From positions 153,592,228 to 153,656,227 of the forward strand of contig JASCQW010000001.1 in the NCBI GenBank assembly GCA_030264375.1: a stretch of 64,000 nt of DNA, written 5' to 3'. Shown here piece by piece: positions 13,545-26,800 of this stretch (the stretch's first letter is position 1; the number at the start of each line of letters is the position of its first letter). The stretch comes from Carcharhinus longimanus. Lineage: Eukaryota. A program made the position numbers and the translations under genes. The notes under the pieces were generated by a model that worked only from the letters and a program-made list of their open reading frames with translations, was not told the origin of the DNA and did not search any database.

Positions 13545-13846
13545 GGTGGCATGGTGGCACAGTGATTAGTACCACTGCCTTACAGTGCCAGGGACCCAGG
13601 TTTGATTCCCGGCTTGGGTTGCTGTCTGTGTGGAGTTTGCATGTTGTCCCCATGTCTGTGTGGGTTTCCTCTGGGTACTCTAGTTTCCTCCCACAGTCCA
13701 AAGATGTACAGATTAGGTGAATTGGCCATGATAAATTCTCCCTCAGTCTACCCAAACAGGTGCTGGATTGTGGCAACTCAGGGATTTTCACAGTACCTTC
13801 GTTGCAGTGTTAATGTGAGCCTACTTGTGACAATAATAAATAAATT
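13545..13846 (+). mobile_element. HE1-like tRNA SINE, (TAAA)n-tail variant
   Basis: A box tggcacagtg, B box ggtttgattcc, conserved core gtggagtttgca...gggtttcctc...cccacagtccaaagatgt. Confidence 0.85.
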
Positions 13847-13849
13847 ATG

Positions 13850-14175
13850 AGCAGCACGGTAGCACAGTGGTTAGCACTGCTGCTTCACAGTTCTAGGGAC
13901 CTGGGTTCGATTCCTGGCTTGGGTCACTGTGTGGAGTTTGCACATTCTCCTTGCGTCTGCGTGGATTTCCTCTGGGTGTTCCGGTTTCTCCCACAGTCCA
14001 AAGATGTGCAGGTTAGGTTGATTGGCCATGCTAGTGTTGTGAGATGCGTTGGTTGAAGAGATCAGTGGATAATACGTAGGGATATAGGCGTAGGGCCTGG
14101 GTGGGATTGTGGTCGATCTAGATTCGAAGAGCCGACTGGCCACTTTCTGTACCGTAGGGTTTTTATGATTCTATC
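13850..14175 (+). mobile_element. HE1-like tRNA SINE, CR1-type tail
   Basis: tagcacagtgg / ggttcgattcc boxes; ends tagggtttttatgattctat. Confidence 0.85.
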
Positions 14176-14347
14176 TCTAATTGCTCACAAGAAAATGGCG
14201 ATGATCACCCCTCTTTGTGGTATTTTGCTTATATTGTTCTGCCATTCTGCACAATTTAAAATGATATAAGCTTTTCAGCTTTCCTCAAACAGCTGGTATT
14301 AACAAAGGAACTTTCAAAATGACAAGATAAAGCATCAAAATACTCAC

Positions 14348-14476
14348 AAGGCCATGGTCCACACGAAAAAATGCCATTTGACATGGCTTGTTCAATAAGT
14401 TAGCAAAGGCAATGAAGGCATCTGCAGTATCCAGGTTCAGAATTAACACAGCAGCAATGAATGACATTCCCTGCAC
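14348..14476 (-). CDS. TBC1D14: TBC1D14 coding exon (129 bp, phase 0->0), glutamine finger
   Basis: cccaatag|GTG CAG...GGC CTT|gtgagt; [43 protein letters not shown] (Y-VQG = YxQ motif across the junction). Confidence 0.97.
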
Positions 14477-16729
14477 CTATTGGGAGAGAATGTTTAAAGT
14501 GAACATATGTAATCTAGTTGAGCAAATAACTTTTATCCAGAAACAATTACAAGATTTTAACTAAATCAAAAGATTGATCACAGACCAAAAGAAAACAGTT
14601 CAAATATTAATATCAAAATCTTAAGATTGTATTATTGTCTTTAATTTATCCCTGTAACATTAAAGATATTGTTGCCCCTACGCCTAAGTCTCAAAGTGAC
14701 AGGTTGGCAGCTTATAGAATAAAACAGCCTAAAATCCACCGGCCCACTAGTACTCACTGCCAACCTGAAGGAAGAAAGACCTCAGTCAGAATTGCTAACA
14801 ACTGCCCACAGGACACTTTCAAAAATTTCCAAGCCCAACGTAATGTCACAAATTCAGCCAATAGGCCGAGACAATTTTTGGGTCATGAAATGTAAATGAT
14901 GAAAGTGATGACAAGGATGGCGAATGAACCCAGCAGAGAAAATGCCCACAAACAATATTAAGACGTGAGACAGATTGATAGACGTACTTGAGCAACAAAA
15001 TAAAAGTCAAACATATACCAGTGCCGATGAGGCAAAAGAAGGTGGAAAACCAATACACGAATGCCTCCCAGTCGAGTACATCGACACTGAAACCTCTGCA
15101 CCAAGCAGAATCAGAAATGGTGCCATGGATGGAAACTCAGTACAGCTACCCTGCATTTATCATTCAGTGATACATCTTACTTTTCTAGTCATTTTATTGA
15201 CTTTAACCCATATCTAGTCTAGGCTTTGGCATTTGTAATATAAGTAGGTCAAGTCCTATCTGAAATCCTAACAATTTTGAATAACTCAATCTTTAAGATG
15301 TTGCACAATAAAATTCTAGCTTTTCTCAAATCTAGTGACTTAAAATTCCACACAATTCAAAATAAAATTTCTATTGGTACCAATATTTTTCAATTAAAAA
15401 AACAGCTTACTGATTTATGGGGACTCAAATGATTAATATGTAGGAAAACAGTATAATAATAGATTTAGAAATGATATGGCCAACACATTTTCTTAAAGCT
15501 CCTGCACCTCAAAAGTTTTCCACTACACCACTGGATGTCGCCTGCATAATTTAACGATTGAAGGAAATACATGACCATCTATACCAATTACACACACATT
15601 GTATATTGCTACTTAACATTAGTACTAAGGAAATTATAGTTTTACACAAAAGCAAAGTTTACACCTAATCAAAATACAGTAATTTTTTTCAGACCTGACA
15701 TACGTTAAAGTATTTACCATACACTCAAGTTGTAACCGAGTATTTCATCTTCACCTCCCAAAACAAATTGCAAGCTTTTTTCAAATAAACATTACGTTAC
15801 TAATTGCACCTGAAACCACCACCCGCCTCACTCTCACCCCGGCTCTTGCGCACAACTAACTTTGGCTGAACACCTTAATGCCTCCTGTACAGAGCAATTT
15901 CTGATGTCACTCTCCAGGTGCAGATCTTTTACTGGTACCTTGCAGTTCAGTGTTAACAGAGTCCAAAGGCAAATCATACAGTACAATATTGAGGAAGCTT
16001 CTGTTCCACCCATGGCCTAAAGCCCTTGTTACACTCTGATTTTTATGCTGAAACTTAAGCAGAAGCAACACAAAGACTCTATTATAGAGCAGCTATATTA
16101 CACTTATAAACCCATAATTTAATCTTTGGTGCAACCACCCAAGTAGCTAACACTGGAGTATAACAGACCAGCAAGCTGGAACTAACATTATGATCCATGC
16201 GTTGATGCACTGCAATGAAATTACCCTACTTAGTTTGGCCATCAGAGGAGTCAACTCAAAATCACACAGCAAAGTGTTTAGCCGATGGGGTGAAGACATA
16301 TCCATAAACGGATACTCCAATTCCCTGGATGCAAAGTGTGGAGTGTCAACAAAGCAGTGGCAGGTTGTGACGCATGTGTCACTCATCTAAACACACATAT
16401 GAAAAGCAAAGATCCAAGACTTGCTGCACATCAGCATATCGATGACCCACTGGTTAAGGTAAATGAAATGACCCGGTTTAATCCTTCATATTTATACAGA
16501 TGTTTCTGAAGTAACACCAACATAAAAATCATAGTCACCACAAATTATGTCACCAATTTGGGACAAGAGGAAAAAAGCGCATTACCGCAGCATTTGTAAA
16601 GAAGATAGGATAAGAATTCTCATCTGGGAATTGTTTGTACTTTCATCAGTACAAACAAAAGAGCTGCACCTAAAATAGTAATCAATTCTTTGTCTCATCA
16701 ATGAGTCTTGTGAATTTTCTGTTAGCATA

Positions 16730-16870
16730 AATATCCTAAAGCACTTTATAGGACTGTTGGCAAACAAAATTTGGCACCAAGTCACAGAAGGAAATATTCA
16801 AGATCAGTGACCAAAAATCTTGGTCAAAAAGGCAGTTTTTAAGGAAAGTCTGAAAGGAGGAGAGAACAGT
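16730..16870 (-). mobile_element. L2-like LINE 3' end fragment
   Basis: Resembles the reverse complement of a common elasmobranch L2 3' end (gtgaccaaaa..ttggtcaaa..ttttaagga); family recognised from memory. Confidence 0.45.
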
Positions 16871-16908
16871 CAAAAGCTGAAAGCATGGCAAATGTGCAAT
16901 AAACTTAC

Positions 16909-16980
16909 GTATCCTACATCAGGTCTATAGCAGGTGTATGCACCTAGAATGCTGTGTAGTACATCATAATAAGGACCTCC
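16909..16980 (-). CDS. TBC1D14: TBC1D14 coding exon (72 bp, phase 0->0)
   Basis: ttttacag|GGA GGT...GGA TAC|gtaagt; [24 protein letters not shown]. Confidence 0.97.
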
Positions 16981-17282
16981 CTGTAAAATTAAATAGACAG
17001 TTTTATTTCAGTGTAACAAAAGGGCTATTTCAAGACAATTTTAATTTAAGGCTGCTGTAATAGGACTAATTTGAAATTAATTCATGAAGTTTCTTAAGTA
17101 CGCCAGTTTAGAAATGCTTAAAAACAGCACAATACTACACAATGTATTTGGAAGCCATTCTTATATCAATGATGTGTGACGGCCTTTAATCTGTTCGTAA
17201 AGAATGTTTGTAATTCTGTTAAAATATCAGTGGAATCTATAATTGTTTTTAAGGATGTTCGAAAAAGATTTTCATGAGCTTG

Positions 17283-17638
17283 CGGCATGGTGGCATAGTA
17301 GCTAACACTGCTGACTCATGGCACCAGGGATCCAGGTTGGATTCTGGCCTCGGGTGACTGTGTGAATGTTTGCAAGCTCTGTGTGTGTCTGCATGCATTT
17401 CCTCCAGATGCTCCAGCTTCTATCCTCAGTAAAAATGATGTGCAGGTAGGTGAACAGGCCCCATAGTGTGTTCAAAGATGATTAGGTACATTCACCATGG
17501 TAAATGCACAAGGTTGTGGTGATAGGGCGGGGGTGTGGGACTGGGGAAAATTTTCTTTCAGTGAGTCGGTGCAGGCTCGATTGGCTGAATGGTCTCGTCC
17601 TGCACTGCAGTCACTCCATAATGCTGGAGTTCTATGAT
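17283..17638 (+). mobile_element. Older HE1-like SINE
   Basis: Diverged A/B boxes and core; ttctatga tail. Confidence 0.75.
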
Positions 17639-18976
17639 ACAAAGAGAGCAACTATAATGCTCTTGGGCAATAAATACTGGTCCATATAACCTGGCTACCC
17701 TTGACCTGGAAACAGTACTAACAGGAAGTTAAGGTACAACAGTCCTGTCGCCAGATATAAAGGAGCGCTACAAGCAGAAGAGCTGGAGGGTGAGGACCAA
17801 ATGTGCACAAAGAGGAAAAACAGATAGACCCAGAAAGACTAACATACCAAATTCTTGTGAAAAGCAGCAAATCACTCTCAGGAAAAAGTTGTTTTTCTAA
17901 CGAGAAAGGAGAAAGGAGCTCTTAGAGTTCTGTAAACTGGCACAAAAAATGTAAAACCAGGAAAGCTGAACGAATACCTCAGACATTAAAAAGCTGAGCG
18001 TTCTCCCAGTAGTTGCCAGACTGTGAAGTCAATGTTCTTGGTTCGTCGGTTAAAAAGAAATTCCGAAAAGCTACAGCATCAGGACTGTCATGACCCAAGG
18101 GAAAGAGGGTTCTAGAAATGTGCCTGGCAGTTGATAACCATAACTGTGAAACTGAGGGGTGAAAGCTGTTATCAGAAAGGATACCTGATCTACCCTGCAC
18201 AAATAAAAACTGTTATTGTGGAGCCATGTAGCTGCATTAATGCTGAAGTGGAATGTTTGTGGTTGGGTGTGTATTTTCTTCGTTTTGATTGTTTTAAGTG
18301 AAATATATCTTTTTATTTGAAGTTTTATTTGCCTGTTAATTTATGTTGCAAAAATGACAATCTTGTCAGTAATTTCTTCTTTGAGAATTGTTCAGTAAAT
18401 TTAGTCACTTTGGTTTACAGTTTCTTCACAAGGATCTAATAGATGACAATCACTATTCAATGATCTGGCAAAGAACTTGACAATGGTGCTGCAATTGTTA
18501 GAACTTCTCAGCTTATTACAGTGGAATCGTAAAGCCTATCTGGAAGGTCAAATATATTTCTATAGCAGCTGAATAACAATAACTGCCTACATTACGTTTA
18601 TATATTTTATACAATTCTGTGATGATAGAAAACTGGCTTTCATTATACAAAACAAAAATGTCACAACGTTGATTGATAATTGGGGATTTTTTATACAAGC
18701 TCTATAGTCCAAGTGGAAGGAGGCTAAGAGATTGAGACGTGTTCTCATCATTAAATGTTCAACAAGTTAAAAGCTGACAAGTTCAATTTTCAGTATATTT
18801 TATAACTGGACAATTCTTTGGACCTGTAATGATTCAGTACAGATACTTCCACAACCAATCTACTATGTGGACTTGCACTATTTTTCTATCCACATAAAGG
18901 TGTGTGCGCATACTTGTAGTCAACTGTGTACAAAATACACCCCAGTTCCACTTATTAAAAGATTAAAAACACTTAC

Positions 18977-19071
18977 CTGTTGAAATATACAAAGATTAGG
19001 AAAGGTGCGGGAAATGTCCAACTTTATGAGTTCCAGACTGGCTTCCCTGTCTGCTACAGATAATCCTAGGT
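18977..19071 (-). CDS. TBC1D14: TBC1D14 coding exon (95 bp, phase 1->0), arginine finger
   Basis: tttccag|AC CTA...CAA CAG|gtaagt; (D)[31 protein letters not shown] containing IxxDxxR. Confidence 0.97.
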
Positions 19072-20365
19072 CTGGAAAGTAGCAATATGTATTATTCTGT
19101 ATCACATAACACACTGCTTGATAGCTTAGTTTGTGATGCTGCAAAAACTAGAACCTTCAATGAACAATCAAGTATTTAAGCATTGAGATACCAGAAAGGA
19201 TTCATTTTTTACAATTCATTCACTGTTCACATAATAGCTGATTTTTTTAAAAAAAGAATATCAAGTCTAATTTCTACTATATCTCCCTATTAGAGAAAAA
19301 AGGGGCATTCCAATTTTGCAAAAAACAACTTTTGTGTAGAGAGAGCCATGCTGTCTCCTGATTTGGCAAAAGTAGTTTCTTTATGATTAAATTGCATTCA
19401 ATTTTAACAACAACAAATGTAACCCAGTTATGTAATTGCGAAGTGTCAAGATAGGGGATATTTAATTTCTAAGTACTTCAAACTAAGAACAGACAGAGCC
19501 ACTGAGTTTAATTAACGTCTATTATTCTTTCAATTGCATGATTATCTGCTGACTAGTCTTGCCCAGATATACTTACCTCTTATTGAGTTGTACCTCCATA
19601 TGCTTATTTCTACACCAAACAGTCCTTCTTTCTTCTTCATCACTTTCTGGAGACATTTATCTTTTGACGTGCTGCTGGCTTCCCTTGCCCAATAATAACT
19701 ATCCTCTACAGACTGTTATAACCTAATTGCCATAACTATTTTTCCATGACTTATTTATTATATTGATGCCATAACTTTAGGTCCAAGGGGAAATTTTGGT
19801 TGGGAGTGAGCTTTGGATGGGTGGGGGATCTGACATCATCAGTTTGTGATCTGAACTATTTCAACTCTGAACAGCTTAAAAATACAACAAGTCCACTTGA
19901 CAGCGGTCAAGTAGCCATGGGTGCAGAGGGCAAGTTAATCAGGGGGACAGACAGAGATCCTTCTACATCCTGAGTATGGGATTGACAGGCCTGCACTAAC
20001 ACACTATGGGTGTGTGATCTCTACCCTCAGAGAAATCATGGCCCAAGCAAAACAGTTCATGTTAATCTTAACCTAAAAGGGCAACAATGAATCTGTACCT
20101 GGCATTTGACTATCACTTTAACTTTTGGGATCAATAATTATGATTCCAAATCAGGAAAATTGATATTCCTCTGCCCCAGACTGTGACTGAATTACGCTTT
20201 TGTGGCAGAACCAAGATCAAAATTAAGGAGACCCAAACTTATAGATCACATTCAAAACATATCTTTACGCCTCTGAAGAATGCATTTAAATGACACCATG
20301 ATGGAGATAACAAGGTCTTCAACAGCTGTCTTGATCCACAAGTGAAAATATACTTTAAATGTTTC

Positions 20366-20695
20366 CATAGAATAGAAACCCTACAGTGCAGAAGGAGGCC
20401 ATTCGGCTCATCAAGTCTACATCGACCAGAATTCCACCCAGTCCCTATCCCTGTAGTCTATTGTATTTACCCTGCTAGTCCCTCTGACACAAAGAGGCAA
20501 TTTAGCGTGGTCAATCAAGCTGACCTTGCACATCATTAGACTATGGGAAGAAACCGGAGAACTTGGAGGAAACCCACGCAGACACGGGGAGAATGTGCAA
20601 ACTCCACACAGACAGTGACCCAAGCCGGGAATCAAAACAGGGTGCCAGGCGCTGAGAGGCAGCAGTGTTAACCACTGTGCCGCTGGGCCATCCCA
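20366..20695 (-). mobile_element. HE1-like SINE
   Basis: Reverse complement of the same head, core and ttctat tail. Confidence 0.85.
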
Positions 20696-21489
20696 CTACA
20701 GTCTACATTCTAGTAGAATGGAGTCAGCAGTAATCAGGCAATATATTTGCTTTGAATTGGTCTCATATTTGCAGGCCACGCACCTTTTAGCAAGGGGCAT
20801 GCATCTGGTGGAAAGAGAATGATTTCTTGTGATTGGAAAATAATCACTTTGTATTGCTAAGCTGAAGAGTATCATTACTGATCTACTTTGCACAATGTTG
20901 TTAATGGGTGTAAAGTGGAACAGGATGTTCTGTTCTTCAGTACTGCTCTTCCATGTTTTAACAAGCATACAAAATTGATATCATGGACATTTTTTAAAAG
21001 AAATAAAAGGACATGCAATTAAATTCCCAGTAAATTAAATAAATTATAGTAGAAAATGTAATGTGAGGAAGTTATTATCGTTTCACAAGTCAGCGTGATT
21101 TTAGAAAATTCAGCATTCTGCAGATGCAGAAGTAGAAACACTACAACCTCCCCATAGTTTTGCTTAAACCAATTAATTTTCAACACAATATAATAACATG
21201 TGCAACTTCAGATATATTTCATCATAATCATGTTCAGGAACAAATAGAGGTGTTCTTTCAATAGTGTTTAATGATATTGTTCAGAGAAACTGAAAAATGG
21301 TTTCAGATGTTGAGTTCAGCCATACTTAATATTCAAGTGTGAATAAATTAGCTTTTGTTTGCTGCTAATGAGACAGAATATTTCAACAACTGGCCTATTA
21401 TAAAATCACCATCAAAAAGGACAAGATGACAAAACTTCCAAAAAGCAAACACCTTTTTTAAAATTATGCTACTATTTTCACATGGATGG

Positions 21490-22410
21490 TACCTTGACAT
21501 TGTCAAGCACTGAGAATTATGGAGCGTCCTCTTTCATTTTGACTGTCCCCAAAGATTTGTCACCTTTCTCCTTCGCCTGCTCCATGATGACATGCAGGCC
21601 ATGATCCTGACAAATGGAGCCATCACAGAGCCAATTCACATTCAGACAGAGGCCAAGCAAGGCTGTGTCATTGCATCAATGCTCTTCTCAATCCTCTTTG
21701 CTGCAATTCTCCATCTCACCCTCAGTGAGCTCTCCGCTGGAGTGGACTTAGACTACAGAACTAACAGGAATTTGTTCAATCTCAATTTGCTGAGGGCCAG
21801 ATCCAAGGTCATCCCATCCTCTGCCATTGAACAACAGTAGGCAGATGATGCTTGCATTTGCACACACTCAGAAGCTGAGCTCCGAGCCATCATCAACACC
21901 CTTACTGAGGCATTCAAGAGCATGGGCTTTGCACTAAACATCAGTAAGACAAATGTCCTCTACTATCTTGTCTCAGCCATGTAACGCCCACGGTTATCAC
22001 AATCCACGTCGAGGCTCTGGACAACGTGGACCACTTCCCTTACTTTGGGAGACCATGCTGTGAACAAGAGCAGATAACATTGATGAGGTTCAACACCACC
22101 TTCATTGTGCCAGCAGCGCTTTCAGTTGCCTGAGGAAGAGAATGTTTGAAGACTAGGACTCAGACCCAGTGCCTGCTTTCCTATATGGCTCAGAGACGTG
22201 GACTATGTACGGCAGGTATCCCCACCAGCACACGCCACTACCGCTGCATCCAAAAGACCCTCAAATCCAGTAGCAAGAAAAGGTGCTCCAACTTCAATGT
22301 TCTCATTCAGGCCAACCTCCCTAAGCATCGAAGAATTGATCATGGCCAATCAGCTCTGTTGAATCTGCATGTCTGACATGAGACTCCTGAAACAAATGCT
22401 TAGAGCTTCA
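21490..22410 (+). mobile_element. Decayed RTE-clade (BovB-like) LINE reverse transcriptase fragment
   Basis: KQGCVIASMLFSILF (QG motif), GVDLDYRTNRNLFNL and Q*ADD (YADD with Y->stop); many stops and frameshifts. Confidence 0.8.
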
Positions 22411-22561
22411 ATATAGAACATAGAACATAGAACATAGAACACTACAGCACAAACAGGCCCTTTGGCCCACGAGTTGTGCCGATTACATCAACACCTACCA
22501 ATCTATAGACCTATCTATAACCCCCAATCCCATAAAACCCCATATACTCATCCAGAAGTCT
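22411..22561 (-). mobile_element. Young CR1 3' end with (GTTCTAT)n tail, running into a gap
   Basis: (atagaac)x4 plus cactacagcacaaacaggccc; near-identical to 49860-49925. Confidence 0.8.
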
Positions 22562-23078
22562 NNNNNNNNNNNNNNNNNNNNNNNNNNNNNNNNNNNNNNN
22601 NNNNNNNNNNNNNNNNNNNNNNNNNNNNNNNNNNNNNNNNNNNNNNNNNNNNNNNNNNNNNTTTTGTACACCTTCCTTTTCCTCCTGACTAGGTAGGTTG
22701 CATGGTAAGAAACTGTACAAAAAGAACCTCAATTTAAGGTAGTTAACTGACAGTAAGTAAAGATTGAGCTTCAGCTGCGTTATCAAGTGCTGGCTGAACA
22801 TCGCAGTCTGCTGCTGACAGTCTAATCATTTAAATCTATTCCACTTCCTGTTTCACGTCATGCCCTCCTCCACCCCCTCGTCCATTACAAGACCTCCAAA
22901 CAAGCTTAAGAGTTGACCCTTCCTCATTAATATTGACACTGAATGGCAGATGTTTAATAGATGTCAATGCGAACTGCTTGCAGAAATGCAATACTTGTGA
23001 CAATAACAAATGCAAAATGAACATGCTACCGCTGTTCAAACCTCTCCAGGGGTACAATTAAGCACTTGAAACAAGTAC

Positions 23079-23159
23079 CTTCACTGTCGACATCGGAGTG
23101 TGCTGTACTGAGAGATCTACATTTATCTTTTGCCCGAGTTAAGCAAATGTCGTACAGTT
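23079..23159 (-). CDS. TBC1D14: TBC1D14 coding exon (81 bp, phase 1->1)
   Basis: ctttcag|AA CTG...GAA G|gtactt; (E)LYDICLTRAKDKCRSLSTAHSDVDSE. Confidence 0.92.
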
Positions 23160-23774
23160 CTGAAAGACAGAATTATTTGAGAAGTGAATTCGTAATTTCT
23201 GAAGAAATTCAAACGTGAAATTAAATTCAATTCCAACTAAAAACTTTTTAAAAAGTGAAGCAGTTTTATATCATATTAGATGAAAACAGCATGTCAATTT
23301 CAAAAGCAGAGCAAAGAAAGAAATATTCATCACAACGTACTTCAGAATCAAACTCATCTCATTTAGCTGCTACATAATCAGAGAAGTTTGCTGCCACAAC
23401 AAATAGGAGAAACATCATTTACTTGCTTTGCAAATACTCAAAGTTTTGGAAGTGGAAATACTGGTCCAGACTGTGCAGGATGTACATAATTGCCCAAAAA
23501 AGAAAATGTCAAATCCATGCCTATCATGCAACATTTGGGACACACCTGGAACGTTAAAATGTTTTTCTTTCCCCAAATGTGCCTGAGTCTGAGCATTTCT
23601 AGCCTTTTCTGTCTTTATTTCATATTTCCAACTTCTGCCAGTATTGCGCTTGTGTCAAACTCACGTCAATGCTTTTCATTATCAAAGTTATTACATAATT
23701 CCAATCTAAGCAACACAAATCTAGATTCCTGCTTGCAAACTAGATTGATACTATGGCTTGAATAACGAAAAGTT

Positions 23775-24192
23775 AAAGTTTATTTATTAGTCACAAGTAA
23801 GGCTTACATTAACACTGTAATGAAGTTACTGTGAAATTCCCCTAGNNNNNNNNNNNNNNNNNNNNNNNNNNNNNNNNNNNNNNNNNNNNNNNNNNNNNNN
23901 NNNNNNNNNNNNNNNNNNNNNNNNNNNNNNNNNNNNNNNNNNNNNTACATTAACACTGTAATGAAGTTACTGTGAAATTCCCCTAGTCACCACATTCCGG
24001 CATCTGTTTGGGTCAATGCACCTAACCAGCACATCTTTCAGACTGTGGGAGGAACCTGGAGTACCCAGAGAAAACCCACGCAGACAAGGGAGAACGTGCA
24101 ATCTCCACATAGACAGTGACCCAAGCTGGGAATTGAACCCAGGTCCCTGGCACTGACGGAGCAGTGCTAACCACTGTGCCACCATGCCGCCC
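23775..24192 (-). mobile_element. HE1-like SINE, (TAAA)n-tail variant, spanning an assembly gap
   Basis: Head ggcggcatggtggcacagtggttagcactgct on the minus strand; tail tttatttattagtcacaagtaaggcttacatt. Confidence 0.85.
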
Positions 24193-24329
24193 CAGTGTTT
24201 CACATTTCACAATCTTAATGAAGTAGAGAGTGCTAAGCTCAGGAGAACTTGCTTGTAGTGAATAGGTAGCAAGTTCCAGCTCAAAGAGAAGCAGTAGTTC
24301 TGGCCTTAGTTCTAGCGAATGAAGCGAGG

Positions 24330-26060
24330 CTGTGGGTCAGCACTTTGCTGGCAGTAACCAGTTGGATTTGGGGCAGTCACAGAGAAGGACAAAGAAAGTT
24401 TTAAATTGAAGACAACTCCATTTTTATTAAGTAGATGTATGATTTGGCAAAAGAGCACTGGAAATGGCTACTTGGAAGCTAGGTGTCAGCAGTGGGAGGC
24501 ACTCAATCAGGAGATAGAGGATTGGTAACAAAAGAAAGATGGGACTCTCAAATCTTGGATCCCTTAGATGTCAAAGAATACATGGGATAGGATAAGGCAG
24601 AAAAAAAGCTTGCCAGGTACCTCAAGTTTAATACTGCAGAAAGCCTGTAGTATAGAAAGTACAGGGGGAAAATTAAAAGGGTAACTGGGAGAGCAAAGAA
24701 AGGCCATGAACAAATGTTGACAAGTAAAATCAAAGCAAACCAAAAATAAAAAGAACAAAGGAATATTAGGGGAAAGAGTGAGGCCTATTAAGAATCAAGA
24801 AGAGAACCTGCGGAAGACGTGGGCATGCTTCTTAAAGGATACTTTGCATTTGTATTCCCAAAAGCGGGGTATGATACAGGCATTGTAGTTAAGGGGTGTG
24901 AAATATTGGATGGGATAAACATAGACAGAGGAAATATTAAGGGATTTAATATCTTTGAAAGTAGACAAATTGCCTAGCCTGAATGAAATATACCTCAAGG
25001 TTGCTAAAAGAAGCAAGAGAGAAAATAGCAGAACCTAAGACCACCATTGCCCAAATTTCTCCAGTTACAAGTGTAGTGCTGGAGAACTGCTAACATTGTG
25101 TCATTGTTTAAAAAGGAAGAAAGGGATAACGAGTGATTACAAAGCAAACAGCCCAACCTCTGTGGTGGGCAAATTATTGGGAAAAATTCTGAGGGACAGT
25201 GTAATAATTTCTTTTTAAAGGAATGCATTAGTCAAGCACAGTCAGCATATTCATGTCTGATTAACTCAATTGAATTATTTGAGGAAGTAACAGGGAAGGT
25301 TGGTGCTAGTACATGAATTTTAGCAAGGTTTTGGCAAGATCCCACATGACAACAAATGAGGCAAAGGAATACACAATAAACGGTAGAATACTGAAGGGTA
25401 ACGAAGAGTGGAAAGTTGAAATGAATGTCCGCATATCCCTGAAAGCAAAGGACAGGTGAAAAGGTAGTTACAAGGTGGTAAATGGTATAGTTTCCTTTAC
25501 TAGCTGAGACATAGAATTTAAGAGCAGGAAAGTTATACTGGAACTGCATAAAATACTATTTATGTCACAGTTGAAATACCATCTGAGGTCCTGGTAACCA
25601 CACTGCAGAAAGGGTGCAATCACATTAGAGGGATTACAGAGGAAATTTGACAGAATGTTGAATGGAGAAACTTAACTTTGAGAAAAGATTATATGGACCG
25701 AGACGGTTTTCTTTGGAACAGATGAGAGTGAAGGGAGATTTAATTGACCTGTATAAAATGCAGGGTCCAGATAGAGTGAACAGGAAGGATCTCCATTGGT
25801 AGAGGGAGTCAATAACCAAGGGTCTTGGACTTGGCAAAGGAATTACAGGAGAGTGGAGGAGAAATTGTTTTACCCATTGAGTGGTCCAGGTATGGAATTC
25901 ACAACTTGAAAGGATGGCAAAGGTATCATATTTAAAAGAAATAGATGAGTGTGCATTTCAAGTTCCATAACCTACATGACCAAGAGTCAGAGAATGGGAT
26001 TAGGAGAGAGATAGGCCCTTTAAAAACAGCACAGGCTGGCTCATGCACTGTAAATTTTCT
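24330..26060 (+). mobile_element. Degenerate CR1 LINE ORF2 fragments
   Basis: Remnants resembling PLFKKG, SCLxNxIEFFEEVT and the CR1 C-terminal/3'UTR segment. Confidence 0.7.
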
Positions 26061-26359
26061 GTTTTCGTACTCAGCGAAACCAGTGCATTAGCCTGAAAAC
26101 AGAAAATTAGAAACAAGGCAGGGAAGAGTGAGAAACATACTACCATTAGTAGGATGAGAATAGAATAAACATTATATCACTGTGGTAAAACAATCAGACC
26201 TAACTCACAGCTGTTAAGTTGCACTGTATATGCCTTTTATGGTTTTATTCTACTCCATAGTTACACTGTTTCTCAATTGCAGATCTTTAACTTCAAATCC
26301 AAACCAGGAGACAGAAATGCAATCAGTGGTCAAGANNNNNNNNNNNNNNNNNNNNNNNN

Positions 26360-26482
26360 GTTATGGGGAGAGGGCGGGAATGTGGAACTGAGCCACGACA
26401 GATCAGCCATGATATTATTGAATGGCGGGGCAGGCTTAAAGGGCTAGTTGGCCTACTCCTGCTCCTATTTCTTATGTTCTTA
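26360..26482 (+). mobile_element. CR1 3' end (ttcttatgttcttat tail)
   Basis: Nearly identical to 36840-36912 (-) and 63125-63250 (+). Confidence 0.8.
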
Positions 26483-26693
26483 TACATCATTTCATTCCTC
26501 ACCCTATCCAGCATTCTAGTACTTCTCTCTAAACTTGTTCTTCCATCAGCTATAATAAATCATAGCAAAATAAAAATTTCTGGTTTCCTTGAAATCAAAG
26601 CAGAGAGACTCGCTAACGTATTTCTCTGGAAAGCAGTGGTGTATTTTAAAATTTATCAATACATTTACAGCTAGATAGCTGTTTAACACTCAC

Positions 26694-26800
26694 CATGAGT
26701 AATATTTAAGTCATTGCCTATTGCCAAGCTCCACACCTTTCCTCTAACGCTTGGAGGAATACCTTGCCACCAGAGATCACGAACTTTACGAGAATGACAC
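26694..26800 (-). CDS. TBC1D14: TBC1D14 coding exon (107 bp, phase 2->1), start of TBC domain
   Basis: actgaag|G TGT...CAT G|gtgagt; [35 protein letters not shown] (TBC GIPxxxRxxVW motif). Confidence 0.95.

Noticed and set aside
13545-13625. tRNA-like A/B boxes (also at 13850, 17283, 20620, 24120 and 51570)
   Set aside because: These are SINE heads continuing into the SINE body, not tRNA genes
23805-23986. 41-bp direct repeat flanking a 100-N gap
   Set aside because: Identical sequence on both gap edges within one SINE tail: an unmerged contig overlap, not biology
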